A stretch of 64,000 nt of DNA from an uncultured Anaerofilum sp. (GCA_944385945.1 CALWZD010000070.1:30605-94604); one strand, 5' to 3'; counted from the stretch's first letter, positions 8,771-18,842 are shown. The notes: generated by a model from the sequence alone, not told the origin. Numbers and translations are program-made.

Positions 8771-9322
8771 TCAGTGAGTGTAGCAGATGGCATTGCGCAC
8801 GGTTTGTGCGGTTTCCTCCCCTTGCAGCATCGCCAACAGACGAAGCCCAAACGGAATGGCTGCACCCAATCCCCGACCGGTCAGCAAGTTGCCGTCCTGT
8901 ACGAACTCGGTCTGAAGAACGGTCGCTCCGGTCAGTGCATCTTCAAAGCTGGGGTAAGAGGTCGCCTGTTTGCCCTGCAACAGCCTCATTTTGCCAAAGA
9001 TACTGGGGGCAGCGCAGATGGCAGACAAAATTTTTCCTTCTGTGTGGTACTGGGAAACGATGCTGCGTACCGTTTCGCTTTCGAATAGATTGGTGGTTCC
9101 GGGCAGACCTCCGGGCAGGAACAAAGCGTCGTAATCGGCAGAATGCAGGCGGTCGATCGGAAGATCGGCTTTTACCGAAATCTGATGCGAACCGGTCACC
9201 ATTTCACCGCCGGCGACCGAAACCATCGAAACTTCTACACCGCCACGGCGCAGGATGTCCACAACGATCAGTGCTTCGCATTCTTCAAAACCTTCGGCGA
9301 GAAAAACACATACTTTTTTCAT
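8771..9322 (-). CDS. DJ-1/PfpI (YajL/ThiJ) family glyoxalase/deglycase
   Basis: GFEECEA, LPGG, AICAAP nucleophile Cys. Confidence 0.92.
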   Translation of the reverse strand: MKKVCVFLAEGFEECEALIVVDILRRGGVEVSMVSVAGGEMVTGSHQISVKADLPIDRLHSADYDALFLPGGLPGTTNLFESETVRSIVSQYHTEGKILSAICAAPSIFGKMRLLQGKQATSYPSFEDALTGATVLQTEFVQDGNLLTGRGLGAAIPFGLRLLAMLQGEETAQTVRNAICYTH

Positions 9323-9401
9323 AAAAATCCATCCTTTCGGTTTTGCTTTGGGTATCTACCCACAAAAAAACGCATATCCTTTTGACAAAGGGGGTCGTGC
9401 C

Positions 9402-9491
9402 ATGCTTGCAGCAATTTTGGTTGCCGCATTTCTTGCGGCAGGAATGATGTACATCTGTATTTTGGCGAATGCCGACAGGGAAGATAAATAA
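9402..9491 (+). CDS. Putative 29-aa single-TM small protein
   Basis: RBS AAAGGGGG, MLAAILVAAFLAAGMMYICILANADREDK, followed by a terminator. Confidence 0.45.
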   Translation: MLAAILVAAFLAAGMMYICILANADREDK

Positions 9492-9557
9492 ATCAGCTAC
9501 GAAAAAGCAATCGACCTTGCACACAATGCGAAAGATCGACTGCTTTTGGGGGTCGTT

Positions 9558-10469
9558 TTATAAGCTGCGGATATATTCGGCGGCAGCAAGCGCAGCCACT
9601 GCACCATCGGCAGCAGCGGTGACCAGCTGGCGTACGGTTTTGGTACGTCCGTCACCGGCTGCAAAAACACCGGCAAGATTGGTGCGACAGTCCTCGCCTG
9701 CTACGATATAGCCGTGGCTGTCGGTCTGCACCAGATCGGCAAAAGCGGAATTTTGCGGCACTTGCCCGATCGCAACGAACAGCCCGTCCAGTGCAAGCAG
9801 ACGGGTCTGCTTGGTGGGCAGATGTTCTACCACAACGCCGGTCAATGCGGTGTCACCTTGCAGTTCCACAATGGTGCTGTCCAGAATGAACTCGACATTT
9901 TCCAGCTTTTTCAACCGCTCTACTTGCGCTGCCTCGCCACGGAACTCGCTGCGACGATGGATGAGATACACCTTTGCGCACAGTTTCGAAAGAACTTCGG
10001 CGTCCTCCAATGCGGTGTTTCCGCCACCCATAACAGCAACAATTTTTCCCTGAAAGAAAGAGCCGTCGCAGGTAGCACAATAAGATATGCCTCGACCGGT
10101 CAGTTTTTCCTCGCCGGCAAGACCCAGCTGACGGTTCTTTGCGCCTGTGGCAAGAATCAGCGTTTTTGCTTCATAACTTGCCATATCGGTGGTCAACACT
10201 TTTTTGTCGGGGGCGTTGGTGAGCGCTGTTACGGTTTCAAATGCAAAGGAAACTCCCAGCTGCTCTGCCTGTGCGTATAGGTTATTGGCAAAATCTGCAC
10301 CCGAGATCATGCCGATGCCGGGGTAGTTTTCAACGGTGGGAGAAACGATGATCTGCCCGCCGTACATCGCCCCCTCAAATACCAACACCGAAAGACCGGC
10401 ACGGGCGGCATAAATGGCAGCAGATAGACCGGCGGTGCCGGCACCAATAATAGCGAGGTCATACAGCAT
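9558..10469 (-). CDS. trxB: Thioredoxin reductase
   Basis: GAGTAG FAD motif, CATCDG, GGGNTA, AAGD. Confidence 0.95.
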   Translation of the reverse strand: MLYDLAIIGAGTAGLSAAIYAARAGLSVLVFEGAMYGGQIIVSPTVENYPGIGMISGADFANNLYAQAEQLGVSFAFETVTALTNAPDKKVLTTDMASYEAKTLILATGAKNRQLGLAGEEKLTGRGISYCATCDGSFFQGKIVAVMGGGNTALEDAEVLSKLCAKVYLIHRRSEFRGEAAQVERLKKLENVEFILDSTIVELQGDTALTGVVVEHLPTKQTRLLALDGLFVAIGQVPQNSAFADLVQTDSHGYIVAGEDCRTNLAGVFAAGDGRTKTVRQLVTAAADGAVAALAAAEYIRSL

Positions 10470-10484
10470 GGGGAAACACACTCC

Positions 10485-10790
10485 TTATTTCAGCAGGTTC
10501 AGCAGAGCAGCCTTGGGCTTTACGCCTACCGAAGTAGCTGCGATCTCGCCGTTTTTGAAGATCAGAACGGTGGGGATGGTCATAATGCCGTATTTGGCAG
10601 CCAGTTCGGGCTGCTCGTCTACGTTGATCTTGCCCACTTTTGCACCGGTCACTTCCTGTGCGATCTCGTCTACGATGGGGCCAAGCATACGGCAGGGACC
10701 GCACCACGATGCCCAGAAGTCGACCAATACGGGAACGTCGCTTCTCAAAACTTCTTTTTCAAAATTTTCTTTGGTAAAAGTAAGTGCCAT
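10485..10790 (-). CDS. trxA: Thioredoxin
   Basis: WCGPC active site. Confidence 0.97.
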   Translation of the reverse strand: MALTFTKENFEKEVLRSDVPVLVDFWASWCGPCRMLGPIVDEIAQEVTGAKVGKINVDEQPELAAKYGIMTIPTVLIFKNGEIAATSVGVKPKAALLNLLK

Positions 10791-10879
10791 GATTCATATC
10801 TCCTTTCAAATCCTGCATATCTTGCAGAGGGAAGGTTGTTATTCGATGTGCTTATTATATGCTACTCTGCGCAGAAAAT

Positions 10880-10897
10880 CCGTTGTTTTTGCAACGG
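10880..10897. promoter_or_regulatory. Putative Crp/Fnr-family operator upstream of trxAB
   Basis: CCGTTG-TTTTTG-CAACGG palindrome centred about -41.5 relative to TATAAT at 10854-10859 (minus strand). Confidence 0.6.
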
Positions 10898-10905
10898 GGA
10901 TCAAA

Positions 10906-11595
10906 TTATTTCTCTTTTTCACAGCCACAAGTGTCGGGAAACAGGTGAAAACGGTTCAAATGATAGTCCAGCAATCCTTGTGCTTTCATGTTGGAAAGTT
11001 CTTTGGACAACGCACTGCGGTCTACACTGAGATAGTCGGCAAGCTCCTGACGGCTGAAAGGAACGGTAAATTCACAGGTCTGGGACAGCCTTGCTTCGGC
11101 AGACAGATATGCCAACAGCTTTTCCCGCAGGGTGCGACGAGATAGAAAGGAAACTTTGCGTGACAGGTTAAGTGCTCGCTGCGAGGTGATCTGCAACAAA
11201 TTTTCCATCAGTTGGCGGTGATACGGCCCTACGCAACCGCTGCGCCCCAGCAGACGATGTTGGTCGATGAGAAGGATCTCGGATGGCTTTACAGCTACCG
11301 CACTGGAAGTAATGAGCGAGCAATCGGTGCAAGCATATACCTCGCCAAAAATGTCGGAGGGCAAAAAGCGATTGTGGATACTGCGATTGCCCAGAATATC
11401 CTCCTCCCACAGCTGCACCTCGCCCGAAAGAACCAGAGCTACCTGTGTCACGGTCTGCCCTGCCCAAAAAATCACCTGATTTTTTTGGAACGATTGCTGA
11501 CGTACCTGCAAGCAATCCAGCAGGGGGGAAAGTTCGTTTTCGGGGATATTGCGAAACAACATACTCTGTTGAATGACGGAAAAGTATTTTTCCAT
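10906..11595 (-). CDS. Crp/Fnr family transcriptional regulator
   Basis: cNMP-binding-like domain (DIFGEVYA) and HTH (SRQELADYLSVDRSALSKELS); start MEKYFS after AAGGAG. Confidence 0.92.
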   Translation of the reverse strand: MEKYFSVIQQSMLFRNIPENELSPLLDCLQVRQQSFQKNQVIFWAGQTVTQVALVLSGEVQLWEEDILGNRSIHNRFLPSDIFGEVYACTDCSLITSSAVAVKPSEILLIDQHRLLGRSGCVGPYHRQLMENLLQITSQRALNLSRKVSFLSRRTLREKLLAYLSAEARLSQTCEFTVPFSRQELADYLSVDRSALSKELSNMKAQGLLDYHLNRFHLFPDTCGCEKEK

Positions 11596-11838
11596 GTTGA
11601 AATTACTCCTTGTATATGATTTCAAAGAAAATTCTATTTTATTCAGAATACTATACCGCTTGGAAAAAAACAAGGTTGTTACACAAACCAACAAAAAATT
11701 TACAAAAAAACGGAAAAAAACAGGAGAGGGTATACAAAAGCATTGAGCGAACTGACAGGATTTGATATAATAAAACAAAACGCAAACAAAATAAAAAACA
11801 TAAGAATAGGAAAACATAAGAGAGGACTGAGTGAGGCT

Positions 11839-12867
11839 ATGTTTAACGAAAACAAGGGGTTTGATTTGGTGACGTTTGGAGAGATCATGCTGCGGCTTTC
11901 TCCGCCGACCAGTGAGCGTTTGGTGCGGGGCGATCTGTTCGAAAAGCGTGCCGGCGGTGCAGAACTGAACGTGGCAAGCGGCGTTGCCTTGTTGGGTCTG
12001 CGTACCGGCATCATCTCCAAACTGCCCGATAACGAAATGGGTACATACATCAAAAACAGGATCCGTTTTGTGGGGGTATCCGACGACTTTTTGATCTACG
12101 ATTCTTCCCACGACGCCCGTTTGGGTATCTACTACTACGAAAACGGTGCAGCACCCCGCAAGCCGGGGATTGTCTACGACCGTGCGAATTCCTCTATCAA
12201 TAACATCCGAATGGAGGAGATCCCCGAAGAAGTTTATACCCAAACACGGATGTTCCACACCAGTGGCATCACGCTGGCACTGTCCCAAGCAACACGGGAA
12301 GCTGCGATCGAGATGATCAAGCGGTTCAAAAAAGGCGGTGCGAAAATTTCGTTCGACGTCAACTATCGTGCGAATCTGTGGGACGAGGAAACTGCCCGTA
12401 AAACCATCGAGAAAATCTTGCCTTATGTAGATGTTTTGTTTGTTTCGGAAGAAAGCAGCCGTCGGATGTTCCAGAAAACCGGCGAAATGAAAGATATTAT
12501 GAAAAGCTACTGCGACGAGTTTGGCGTAAAAATTGTAGCAACCACCCAGCGAACCGTCATCAGCCCCAAAAAGCACGATTTTACCTCGGTGATTTACTCG
12601 TCGGTGACACACGGTTATTACACCGAAGAACCCTACCGTGATATTGATGTGGTCGACCGTATCGGCAGCGGTGATGCATATGTGGGCGGTGTACTGTTTG
12701 GATTGCTGAACTACAATGACCCCATGAAGGCACTGCAATTCGGCAATGCGACCAGCGCAGTGAAAAACACCATTCCCGGCGACCTGCCATCCTCCGATTT
12801 TAAAGAAATCAGCCGTATCATAAAGGCACACAATGCGGTCGGCCCACAGAGCGAAATGGATCGCTGA
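11839..12867 (+). CDS. kdgK: PfkB family sugar kinase, 2-keto-3-deoxygluconate kinase-like
   Basis: VTFGEIMLRL, GGAELNVA, SFDVNYRANLW, DRIGSGDAY. Confidence 0.82.
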   Translation: MFNENKGFDLVTFGEIMLRLSPPTSERLVRGDLFEKRAGGAELNVASGVALLGLRTGIISKLPDNEMGTYIKNRIRFVGVSDDFLIYDSSHDARLGIYYYENGAAPRKPGIVYDRANSSINNIRMEEIPEEVYTQTRMFHTSGITLALSQATREAAIEMIKRFKKGGAKISFDVNYRANLWDEETARKTIEKILPYVDVLFVSEESSRRMFQKTGEMKDIMKSYCDEFGVKIVATTQRTVISPKKHDFTSVIYSSVTHGYYTEEPYRDIDVVDRIGSGDAYVGGVLFGLLNYNDPMKALQFGNATSAVKNTIPGDLPSSDFKEISRIIKAHNAVGPQSEMDR

Positions 12868-12937
12868 GTGATTTTAGAAAAAAGTTTTGTTTATGGGAAA
12901 TGCCCCCTCTGCAGCGACAGAGGGGGCATTTGTAGTT

Positions 12938-14491
12938 TTATTTTGCGTACTCTACGGCACGGCTCTCACGAATCACGTTTACCTTGATTTGACCGGGATA
13001 ATTCAATTCTTCCTCGATCTTGCGGGTGATGGAATGTGCCAACAAAATCAGCTGGTCGTCGTTTACGACATCGGGTTTTACCATGATGCGAACTTCACGT
13101 CCTGCCTGTACAGCAAAAGCACTCTCAACGCCTTCAAAGCTGCAACTGATTTCTTCCAGATTCTCCAGACGCTTGATGTAGCTTTCCAGATTTTCACGAC
13201 GTGCGCCGGGACGTGCAGCACTGATGGCATCGGCAGCCATGATGATGAAAGCAAGCGGAGTTTTCGGCTCTACATCACCGTGGTGTGCTTCGATCGCATG
13301 GATGATGGCAGGATTTTCCTTGTACTTCTTAGCAATGTCCACGCCAATCTGTACATGGCTGCCCTCGATCTCGTGGTTCAGCGACTTACCGATGTCATGC
13401 AGCAAACCGGCACGACGTGCCTGCTGTACGTTTACGCCCAGTTCGGCAGCCATGATGCCCGAAAGATAGGCAACTTCCAGCGAATGGTTCAAAACGTTCT
13501 GACCGTAACTGGTACGGAACCGCAGACGTCCCAACAGCTTTACAACGTCGGGATGGATACCGTGAATGCCCACATCCATCACAGCGTGTTCGCCCTCACG
13601 TTTCATGGTCAGCTCCAGTTCACGGCGACATTTGTCTACCGTTTCTTCGATGCGGGCAGGGTGGATACGTCCGTCGGTGATCAAACGCTCCAACGCCATG
13701 CGGGCGACCTCACGGCGCACCTGATCGAAGCTGGACAAGGTGATGGCTTCGGGGGTGTCGTCGATGATAAGTTCTACGCCGGTTGCATTTTCCAACGCAC
13801 GGATGTTGCGTCCCTCACGACCGATGATACGACCTTTCATCTCGTCGTTGGGCAGCGGCACTACGGTAACGGTCGCTTCGCTCGAGTGGTCGGCAGCACA
13901 GCGAGCCAGTGCCTGACTGATGAGTTCACGTGCCATCTGCTCGGCTTCGTCTTTGGTCTGCGCTTCGAATGCAGCCATACGCATCGCTTTCTCATGCACC
14001 AACTGCTCGTCTACACGGCTGAGAAGAAGATGCTTTGCATCCTCCTGCGACAATGCTGCGATCGCTTCCAGTTTTTCCAGTTGGCGGGCTTTCATCTGGT
14101 CCAGTTCGCCAAGACGAGCTTCTACCAGTTCGCTGCGCTTTTTCAGGTCGTTCTCTTTTTGCTCGATATTCTGCGAGCGACGCTCCATCGTTTCTTCTTT
14201 TTGGTCGAGTCTGCGCTCTTGACGGCTCAGCTCGTTGCGACGCTCTTTGATCTCTTTATCAGCCTCGGCTTTCAGACGAAAAGCTTCGTCTTTCGCCTCC
14301 ATCAGGCTTTCTTTTCGCTTTTGTTCGGCGGTTTTGATTGCCTCGTTTACAATGCGCTTTGCTTCATCTTCTGCACTGCCAATTTTTTGCTCGGCAGTTT
14401 TACGGCGATGAGTTTCGCCCGCAAAAAATCCGGCAATACAGCAAAGAACACCCACAACAAGAACAATCAATGCAACAAATACAGGGGGCAT
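12938..14491 (-). CDS. rny: Ribonuclease Y
   Basis: N-terminal TM, coiled coil, KH ([13 protein letters not shown]), HD (LLHDIGK), [11 protein letters not shown]. Confidence 0.97.
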   Translation of the reverse strand: MPPVFVALIVLVVGVLCCIAGFFAGETHRRKTAEQKIGSAEDEAKRIVNEAIKTAEQKRKESLMEAKDEAFRLKAEADKEIKERRNELSRQERRLDQKEETMERRSQNIEQKENDLKKRSELVEARLGELDQMKARQLEKLEAIAALSQEDAKHLLLSRVDEQLVHEKAMRMAAFEAQTKDEAEQMARELISQALARCAADHSSEATVTVVPLPNDEMKGRIIGREGRNIRALENATGVELIIDDTPEAITLSSFDQVRREVARMALERLITDGRIHPARIEETVDKCRRELELTMKREGEHAVMDVGIHGIHPDVVKLLGRLRFRTSYGQNVLNHSLEVAYLSGIMAAELGVNVQQARRAGLLHDIGKSLNHEIEGSHVQIGVDIAKKYKENPAIIHAIEAHHGDVEPKTPLAFIIMAADAISAARPGARRENLESYIKRLENLEEISCSFEGVESAFAVQAGREVRIMVKPDVVNDDQLILLAHSITRKIEEELNYPGQIKVNVIRESRAVEYAK

Positions 14492-14769
14492 CGTTGTTCA
14501 CTCCTTCAATTTCGTAAATTTTCAAACTTTCGATAAACATTCATACTACTTAAAACAAACCATAAAAAAAGCAGGCTCAACGCCCTTTTGGTGTATCTTT
14601 CATGTATAAATCATTTATTCTACACTTTATTTTAAAGCACAGAAAACACAATGTCAAGAAATTGTTGTTTTTAAACAAAAACATCCCCCGAAAAACCGGT
14701 TGACTTTGACCGAAGCAACGTGTATTATTATAGTGACACCATAAAAATGGTGGAAAACTTCATCCTGCA

Positions 14770-15036
14770 AACGCATTGACGTGGACAACAGCAATGCTGA
14801 CCTGTGCAAAAGAGAACGCCGCCGAAAAACCGTGGGTTTGGGTGCTGCAAGCGGCTGTGTGCAAGGGCATCGCTTACCGCCACCGAGCAGCAGGGGCGAA
14901 CCCCTGTCGGGCGTACCGAGCCGTTATCATCGGTGAGAGAGGTACAGCCGTTTTGGCTGTGCAATTCGGGTGGAACCGTGGAGCTTACCGCTTCATCCCG
15001 CATGGATTTTGTGTGTGGGATGAGGCGTTTTTTATT
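14770..15036 (+). promoter_or_regulatory. T-box riboswitch leader (Thr, specifier ACC)
   Basis: AGAGA and GCTG stem-I motifs, ACC specifier at about 14876, CCGTTA, T-box AATTCGGGTGGAACCG, terminator with U-tract before thrS. Confidence 0.92.
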
Positions 15037-15068
15037 TTTTGTGATAGAACAGAAGGAGGAAATGCAAG

Positions 15069-17003
15069 ATGATTCGTGTAGACCTGAAAGGCAACGTAAA
15101 AGAGTTCGAAGCAGGCATCAGTGCTGCCGAAGTGGCAAAAAGCATTGGCATGGGACTGTACAAATCGGCGTGTGCCGCAAAAGTGAATGGGCAAGTGTGC
15201 GATCTGCGTACCCAGCTGAACGGGGATTGCAGTTTGGAGATTTTGACCTTTGCCGATAAAGAGGGCAAAGAGGCATTTTGGCACACCGCAGCCCATGTGA
15301 TGGCACAAGCGATCCAGCACCTGTACCCCGAGGCACACTTCGGTATCGGCCCTGCATTGGAAAACGGCTGGTACTATGACGTTGGCGGAGTAAAGCCCTT
15401 TACCCCCGACCAGTTTGCTGCGATCGAGGCAGAGATGAAGAAAATCGCAAAGGAAGACCTGCCTTTGGAGCGCAAGGTCATCACTTTGGAAGAAGGCAGA
15501 GAGATCTTTGCACAGCAGCCTTATAAGTTAGAACTGCTCGAGGAGTATGCCGAAAAGGGAATGGAAGTTACTGTTTATGTACAGGGCGACTTTGCCGACC
15601 TGTGTGCAGGGCCTCACCTGATGAGTACCGCAGCGGTGAAAGCAGTACGCCTGTTGCAGGCGACCAGTGCATACTGGCGTGGTGATTCCAGCCGTGACAG
15701 CCTGTGCCGTGTATACGGTATTGCATTCCCAAAAGCAAGCGAGTTGGACGAGTATATCCAGCAGCAGGAAGAAGCCCGCAAACGTGACCACAACAAGATC
15801 GGACGTGAACTGGAATACTTCACCACCGTGGAGAGCATCGGTCAGGGTCTGCCCATTTTGCTGCCCAATGGTGCCCGCACCATCCAGTTGATGCAGCGTT
15901 GGGTAGAAGATACCGAGCAAAAACGTGGTTATCAGCTGACCAAAACCCCCTACATGGCAAAACGTGACCTCTACCGCATCAGTGGCCACTGGGATCACTA
16001 CCGTGACGGTATGTTCGTTTTGGGCGATGCAGACGACGAAACCAAAGAATGCTTTGCACTGCGTCCCATGACCTGCCCCTTCCAGTATCAGGTATTCCTC
16101 AACCGTAAACGTTCTTACCGTGACCTGCCCATGCGTTTGGGTGAAACTTCCACCCTGTTCCGCAACGAGGATTCCGGCGAGATGCATGGATTGATCCGTG
16201 TGCGTCAGTTCACCATCAGCGAGGGTCACCTCATCATCCGCCCCGAACAGTTGGAAGAAGAATTTGCAGGCTGCTTGGAACTGGCAAAAGAAATGCTGGA
16301 AACCTTGGGTCTGGCAGACGATGTAAGCTACCGCTTCAGCCAGTGGGACCCCAATCGTACCGATAAATACGAGGGTACTGCGGAGCAGTGGGAAGAAGCA
16401 CAGGGTCTGATGAAAAAGATTTTGGATGATTTGGGATTGGAATATGCGGTTGGTGTAGATGAGGCTGCATTCTATGGTCCCAAACTGGACATCCAGATCC
16501 GCAACGTGTTTGGAAAAGAGGATACCCTTATCACCATCCAGATCGATATGCTGCTGGCAGAGAAATTTGGAATGCACTACACCGACGTAGACGGCAGAGA
16601 GCGCACTCCTTATATCATCCACCGTACTTCCATCGGTTGCTACGAGCGCACTTTGGCTTTGCTGTTGGAGAAGTACGCAGGCGCAATGCCGGTTTGGCTG
16701 ATGCCCACACAGGCAATGGTTATCCCCATCAGCGAAAAGCACCACGACTATGCTGAAAAGGTACACAAGGCACTGGAAGCTGCCGGTGTGCGTGTCGAAA
16801 CTGACTACCGTGCAGAGAAGATGGGCTACAAGATTCGTGAGGCACAGCTGAAGAAGATCCCCTATATGCTGGTGGTAGGCGATAAAGAGGCAGAGGACGG
16901 CACAGTTGCTGTACGTGCCCGCAAAGAAGAAAAGGGCGGTACCAAGCCGCTGGCAGAGTTTGTGGCACAAATTTGTGCAGAAATCGACAGCAAAGAGCGA
17001 TAA
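15069..17003 (+). CDS. thrS: Threonyl-tRNA synthetase
   Basis: TGS domain, DLCAGPH, LRPMTCP, RVRQFT, AFYGPKLD, anticodon-binding domain; T-box upstream. Confidence 0.98.
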   Translation: MIRVDLKGNVKEFEAGISAAEVAKSIGMGLYKSACAAKVNGQVCDLRTQLNGDCSLEILTFADKEGKEAFWHTAAHVMAQAIQHLYPEAHFGIGPALENGWYYDVGGVKPFTPDQFAAIEAEMKKIAKEDLPLERKVITLEEGREIFAQQPYKLELLEEYAEKGMEVTVYVQGDFADLCAGPHLMSTAAVKAVRLLQATSAYWRGDSSRDSLCRVYGIAFPKASELDEYIQQQEEARKRDHNKIGRELEYFTTVESIGQGLPILLPNGARTIQLMQRWVEDTEQKRGYQLTKTPYMAKRDLYRISGHWDHYRDGMFVLGDADDETKECFALRPMTCPFQYQVFLNRKRSYRDLPMRLGETSTLFRNEDSGEMHGLIRVRQFTISEGHLIIRPEQLEEEFAGCLELAKEMLETLGLADDVSYRFSQWDPNRTDKYEGTAEQWEEAQGLMKKILDDLGLEYAVGVDEAAFYGPKLDIQIRNVFGKEDTLITIQIDMLLAEKFGMHYTDVDGRERTPYIIHRTSIGCYERTLALLLEKYAGAMPVWLMPTQAMVIPISEKHHDYAEKVHKALEAAGVRVETDYRAEKMGYKIREAQLKKIPYMLVVGDKEAEDGTVAVRARKEEKGGTKPLAEFVAQICAEIDSKER

Positions 17004-17110
17004 TGCTGTGAGATAAGCGAAAAAATCCCGCAAAAATTCGACGAAATATCGTTTTATTTTGCGGGATTTTTTAAAATTGAAAAATAAAATAAATTTTTTT
17101 CGAAAAAATG

Positions 17111-17139
17111 TTGACAAAATGCGATACGCTTGCTATAAT
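17111..17139 (+). promoter_or_regulatory. Consensus sigmaA promoter of tRNA-Lys
   Basis: TTGACA-17-TATAAT with TGn and an upstream A/T tract. Confidence 0.9.
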
Positions 17140-17152
17140 AATAAAGCGCTGT

Positions 17153-17228
17153 GAGCCATTAGCTCAGCCGGCAGAGCACCTGACTTTTAATCAGGGTGTC
17201 CGGAGTTCGAATCTCCGATGGCTCACCA
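17153..17228 (+). tRNA. tRNA-Lys (TTT)
   Basis: GAGCCATTAGCTCAG...CCTGACT-TTT-AATCAGG...GTTCGAATC...CACCA. Confidence 0.97.
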
Positions 17229-17336
17229 TGACCCCGAATGTGAAAGCATTCGGGGTTTTTCTTTTGCAAATTTGTCGACACTGTAAAATACACCCCGGAA
17301 CCGACTTGCGATGCAATCGGTTCCGGGGGTGTTTGT

Positions 17337-18011
17337 TTAATCGGGGCAGGAGGTTTTTTCTTTTGCAAGCAGGAGTGCTTGCTGTTGGTCGATTCCCCGT
17401 GCCAATGCACTGAATTCGCATCCACAGTATTCCTGCCGATATAAATGATGTTCCTGCGAAAGGGTGAGGCTGCGCTTATAGCCCTCTTTCTTTTTAAAAT
17501 CGCTTACCAGCCACTGTACTCCATACTTTTGCGCAAGCTCCAGCCCGATTTGATTCAAACGGGCTGCGTCCTTGTGCGGGCTGATCGAGAGCGTAGAGCA
17601 AAACCAGTCATAGCCGTTTTTTGCGGCATAAGCGGCTGCTTGTTCCAACCGCAGCCGATAACATACCGTGCAGCGACTGCCACGCTCAGGCTCGTTTTCT
17701 AACCCTTGGATGGCATTGTAAAATTCTTGCGGGTCGTAGGGAAGTTCGAGGGCTTCCACCTGCCCTTCGCCTGCGGTTTCCTGCAAAAAACGCACCAGTT
17801 CCTGTCCACGGCGGCGGTATTCCTGTTCAGGCCAGATGTTGGGATTATAGTACAGCACCCCAATATCGAATACCTTGCGAAGCTGCTCTAACACAGCACT
17901 GGAACAGGGACCACAGCAGGCATGAAGCAGCAGACGTGGACGGATGGGCTGTGCCTGAATGGAAGACAGGATGCTTTCCATTTCTTTTTGCCAGTTTTGA
18001 TTGTTTACCAT
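17337..18011 (-). CDS. queH: Epoxyqueuosine reductase QueH
   Basis: LLLHACCGPCS, YYNPNI, RCTVC, STLSISPHK, YRQEYCGCEFS. Confidence 0.93.
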   Translation of the reverse strand: MVNNQNWQKEMESILSSIQAQPIRPRLLLHACCGPCSSAVLEQLRKVFDIGVLYYNPNIWPEQEYRRRGQELVRFLQETAGEGQVEALELPYDPQEFYNAIQGLENEPERGSRCTVCYRLRLEQAAAYAAKNGYDWFCSTLSISPHKDAARLNQIGLELAQKYGVQWLVSDFKKKEGYKRSLTLSQEHHLYRQEYCGCEFSALARGIDQQQALLLAKEKTSCPD

Positions 18012-18150
18012 AATTAAAAAAATCCTTTCTGAAAAAAAGCAAAGTGCGTTTCGTGGGTTTTCGTTCCCTTTAGTCAATCTTTGCACAGAGTTTGCAGCCT
18101 GTTAAAACTCGCATCACACATTTGACATAATCGAATGCTATACTTATCCA

Positions 18151-18434
18151 CGTACTCAGGAGGAGGACAAAACCTCGTCCACTGGAAGATTGCCCCGGGT
18201 GGGAATTTCCGAAAAAGCATTTGATGGCGAACAAGCCAAAATGTCCGAGGGGGAAACAGCCCTCGGTGAGTGATACGTGCGGGCAGGGAAGTATCTCTGC
18301 AAGGCACCTTCGCTGCTCCGTTCCATGCCAGCCTTAGCAATAAGGAGAGAACGGACAGACCAACAATTCATCCGCTGTGCGGATCAAGATAGACGACAAA
18401 CGCTCACAGAGATTTTCTGTGGGCGTTTGTTTTT
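18151..18434 (+). ncRNA. Candidate structured non-coding RNA, family not recognised
   Basis: Extended -10 TGCTATACT (18136-18144), six consecutive hairpins, strong intrinsic terminator 18396-18434, no ORF with an RBS. Confidence 0.6.
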
Positions 18435-18842
18435 GCTGCAATGAAAATCGAACAAGTTATGCAAAGCTACCTTGTTTTCGATTATCAGTATACCACACTT
18501 ATCAAAGCAGAAAAAGCGGTTTTATACAAAGACAGGCAGCCAAAAAATGTCTGCGGTTTTGGATGATCTCAGGGAAAAAAGAGCCCTTGTATATGTAAAA
18601 AGGAAAAAGTTGGTTTGGGTTGGAATTTTTTTTGATAAAATCGACAAAACTTGGCTTTTTGTCAATTCCGCCGGGAATCGCATTGTAAAATCAAAAATAA
18701 ACATGATATAACTAGAATATATTTCATTGTACAAATGTAAAATGCAAGGATGAAATTTTTATCGCTGTCGAATAGACGCTTGAATTTATAGTTTACAAAC
18801 CAAATTCTCCGTTGCGCAGACAAGAAAAGGAGATCGACAACA

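Noticed and set aside
11674-11689. Third Crp/Fnr-like site GGTTGTTACACAAACC
   Set aside because: The right half-site does not match RCAAC and the spacing to a -10 does not fit -41.5
11596-12831. 641-aa version of the Crp/Fnr ORF (apparent long N-terminal extension)
   Set aside because: The extension is the antisense shadow of kdgK plus AT-rich intergenic DNA; the real start is the ATG at 11595 with an AAGGAG RBS
18020-18085. preQ1 riboswitch upstream of queH
   Set aside because: A small GGG..CCC hairpin exists, but the GGUUC loop and A-rich pseudoknot tail are not present in the coding orientation
18151-18434. Assignment as a glycine, cobalamin or c-di-GMP riboswitch, RNase P, 6S, raiA motif or group II intron fragment
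   Set aside because: Only short coincidental words match (CTCAGG, CCACTGGAAG, GGCACCTT, GTGCG); the required conserved cores and order are absent by eye. An Rfam search is still needed
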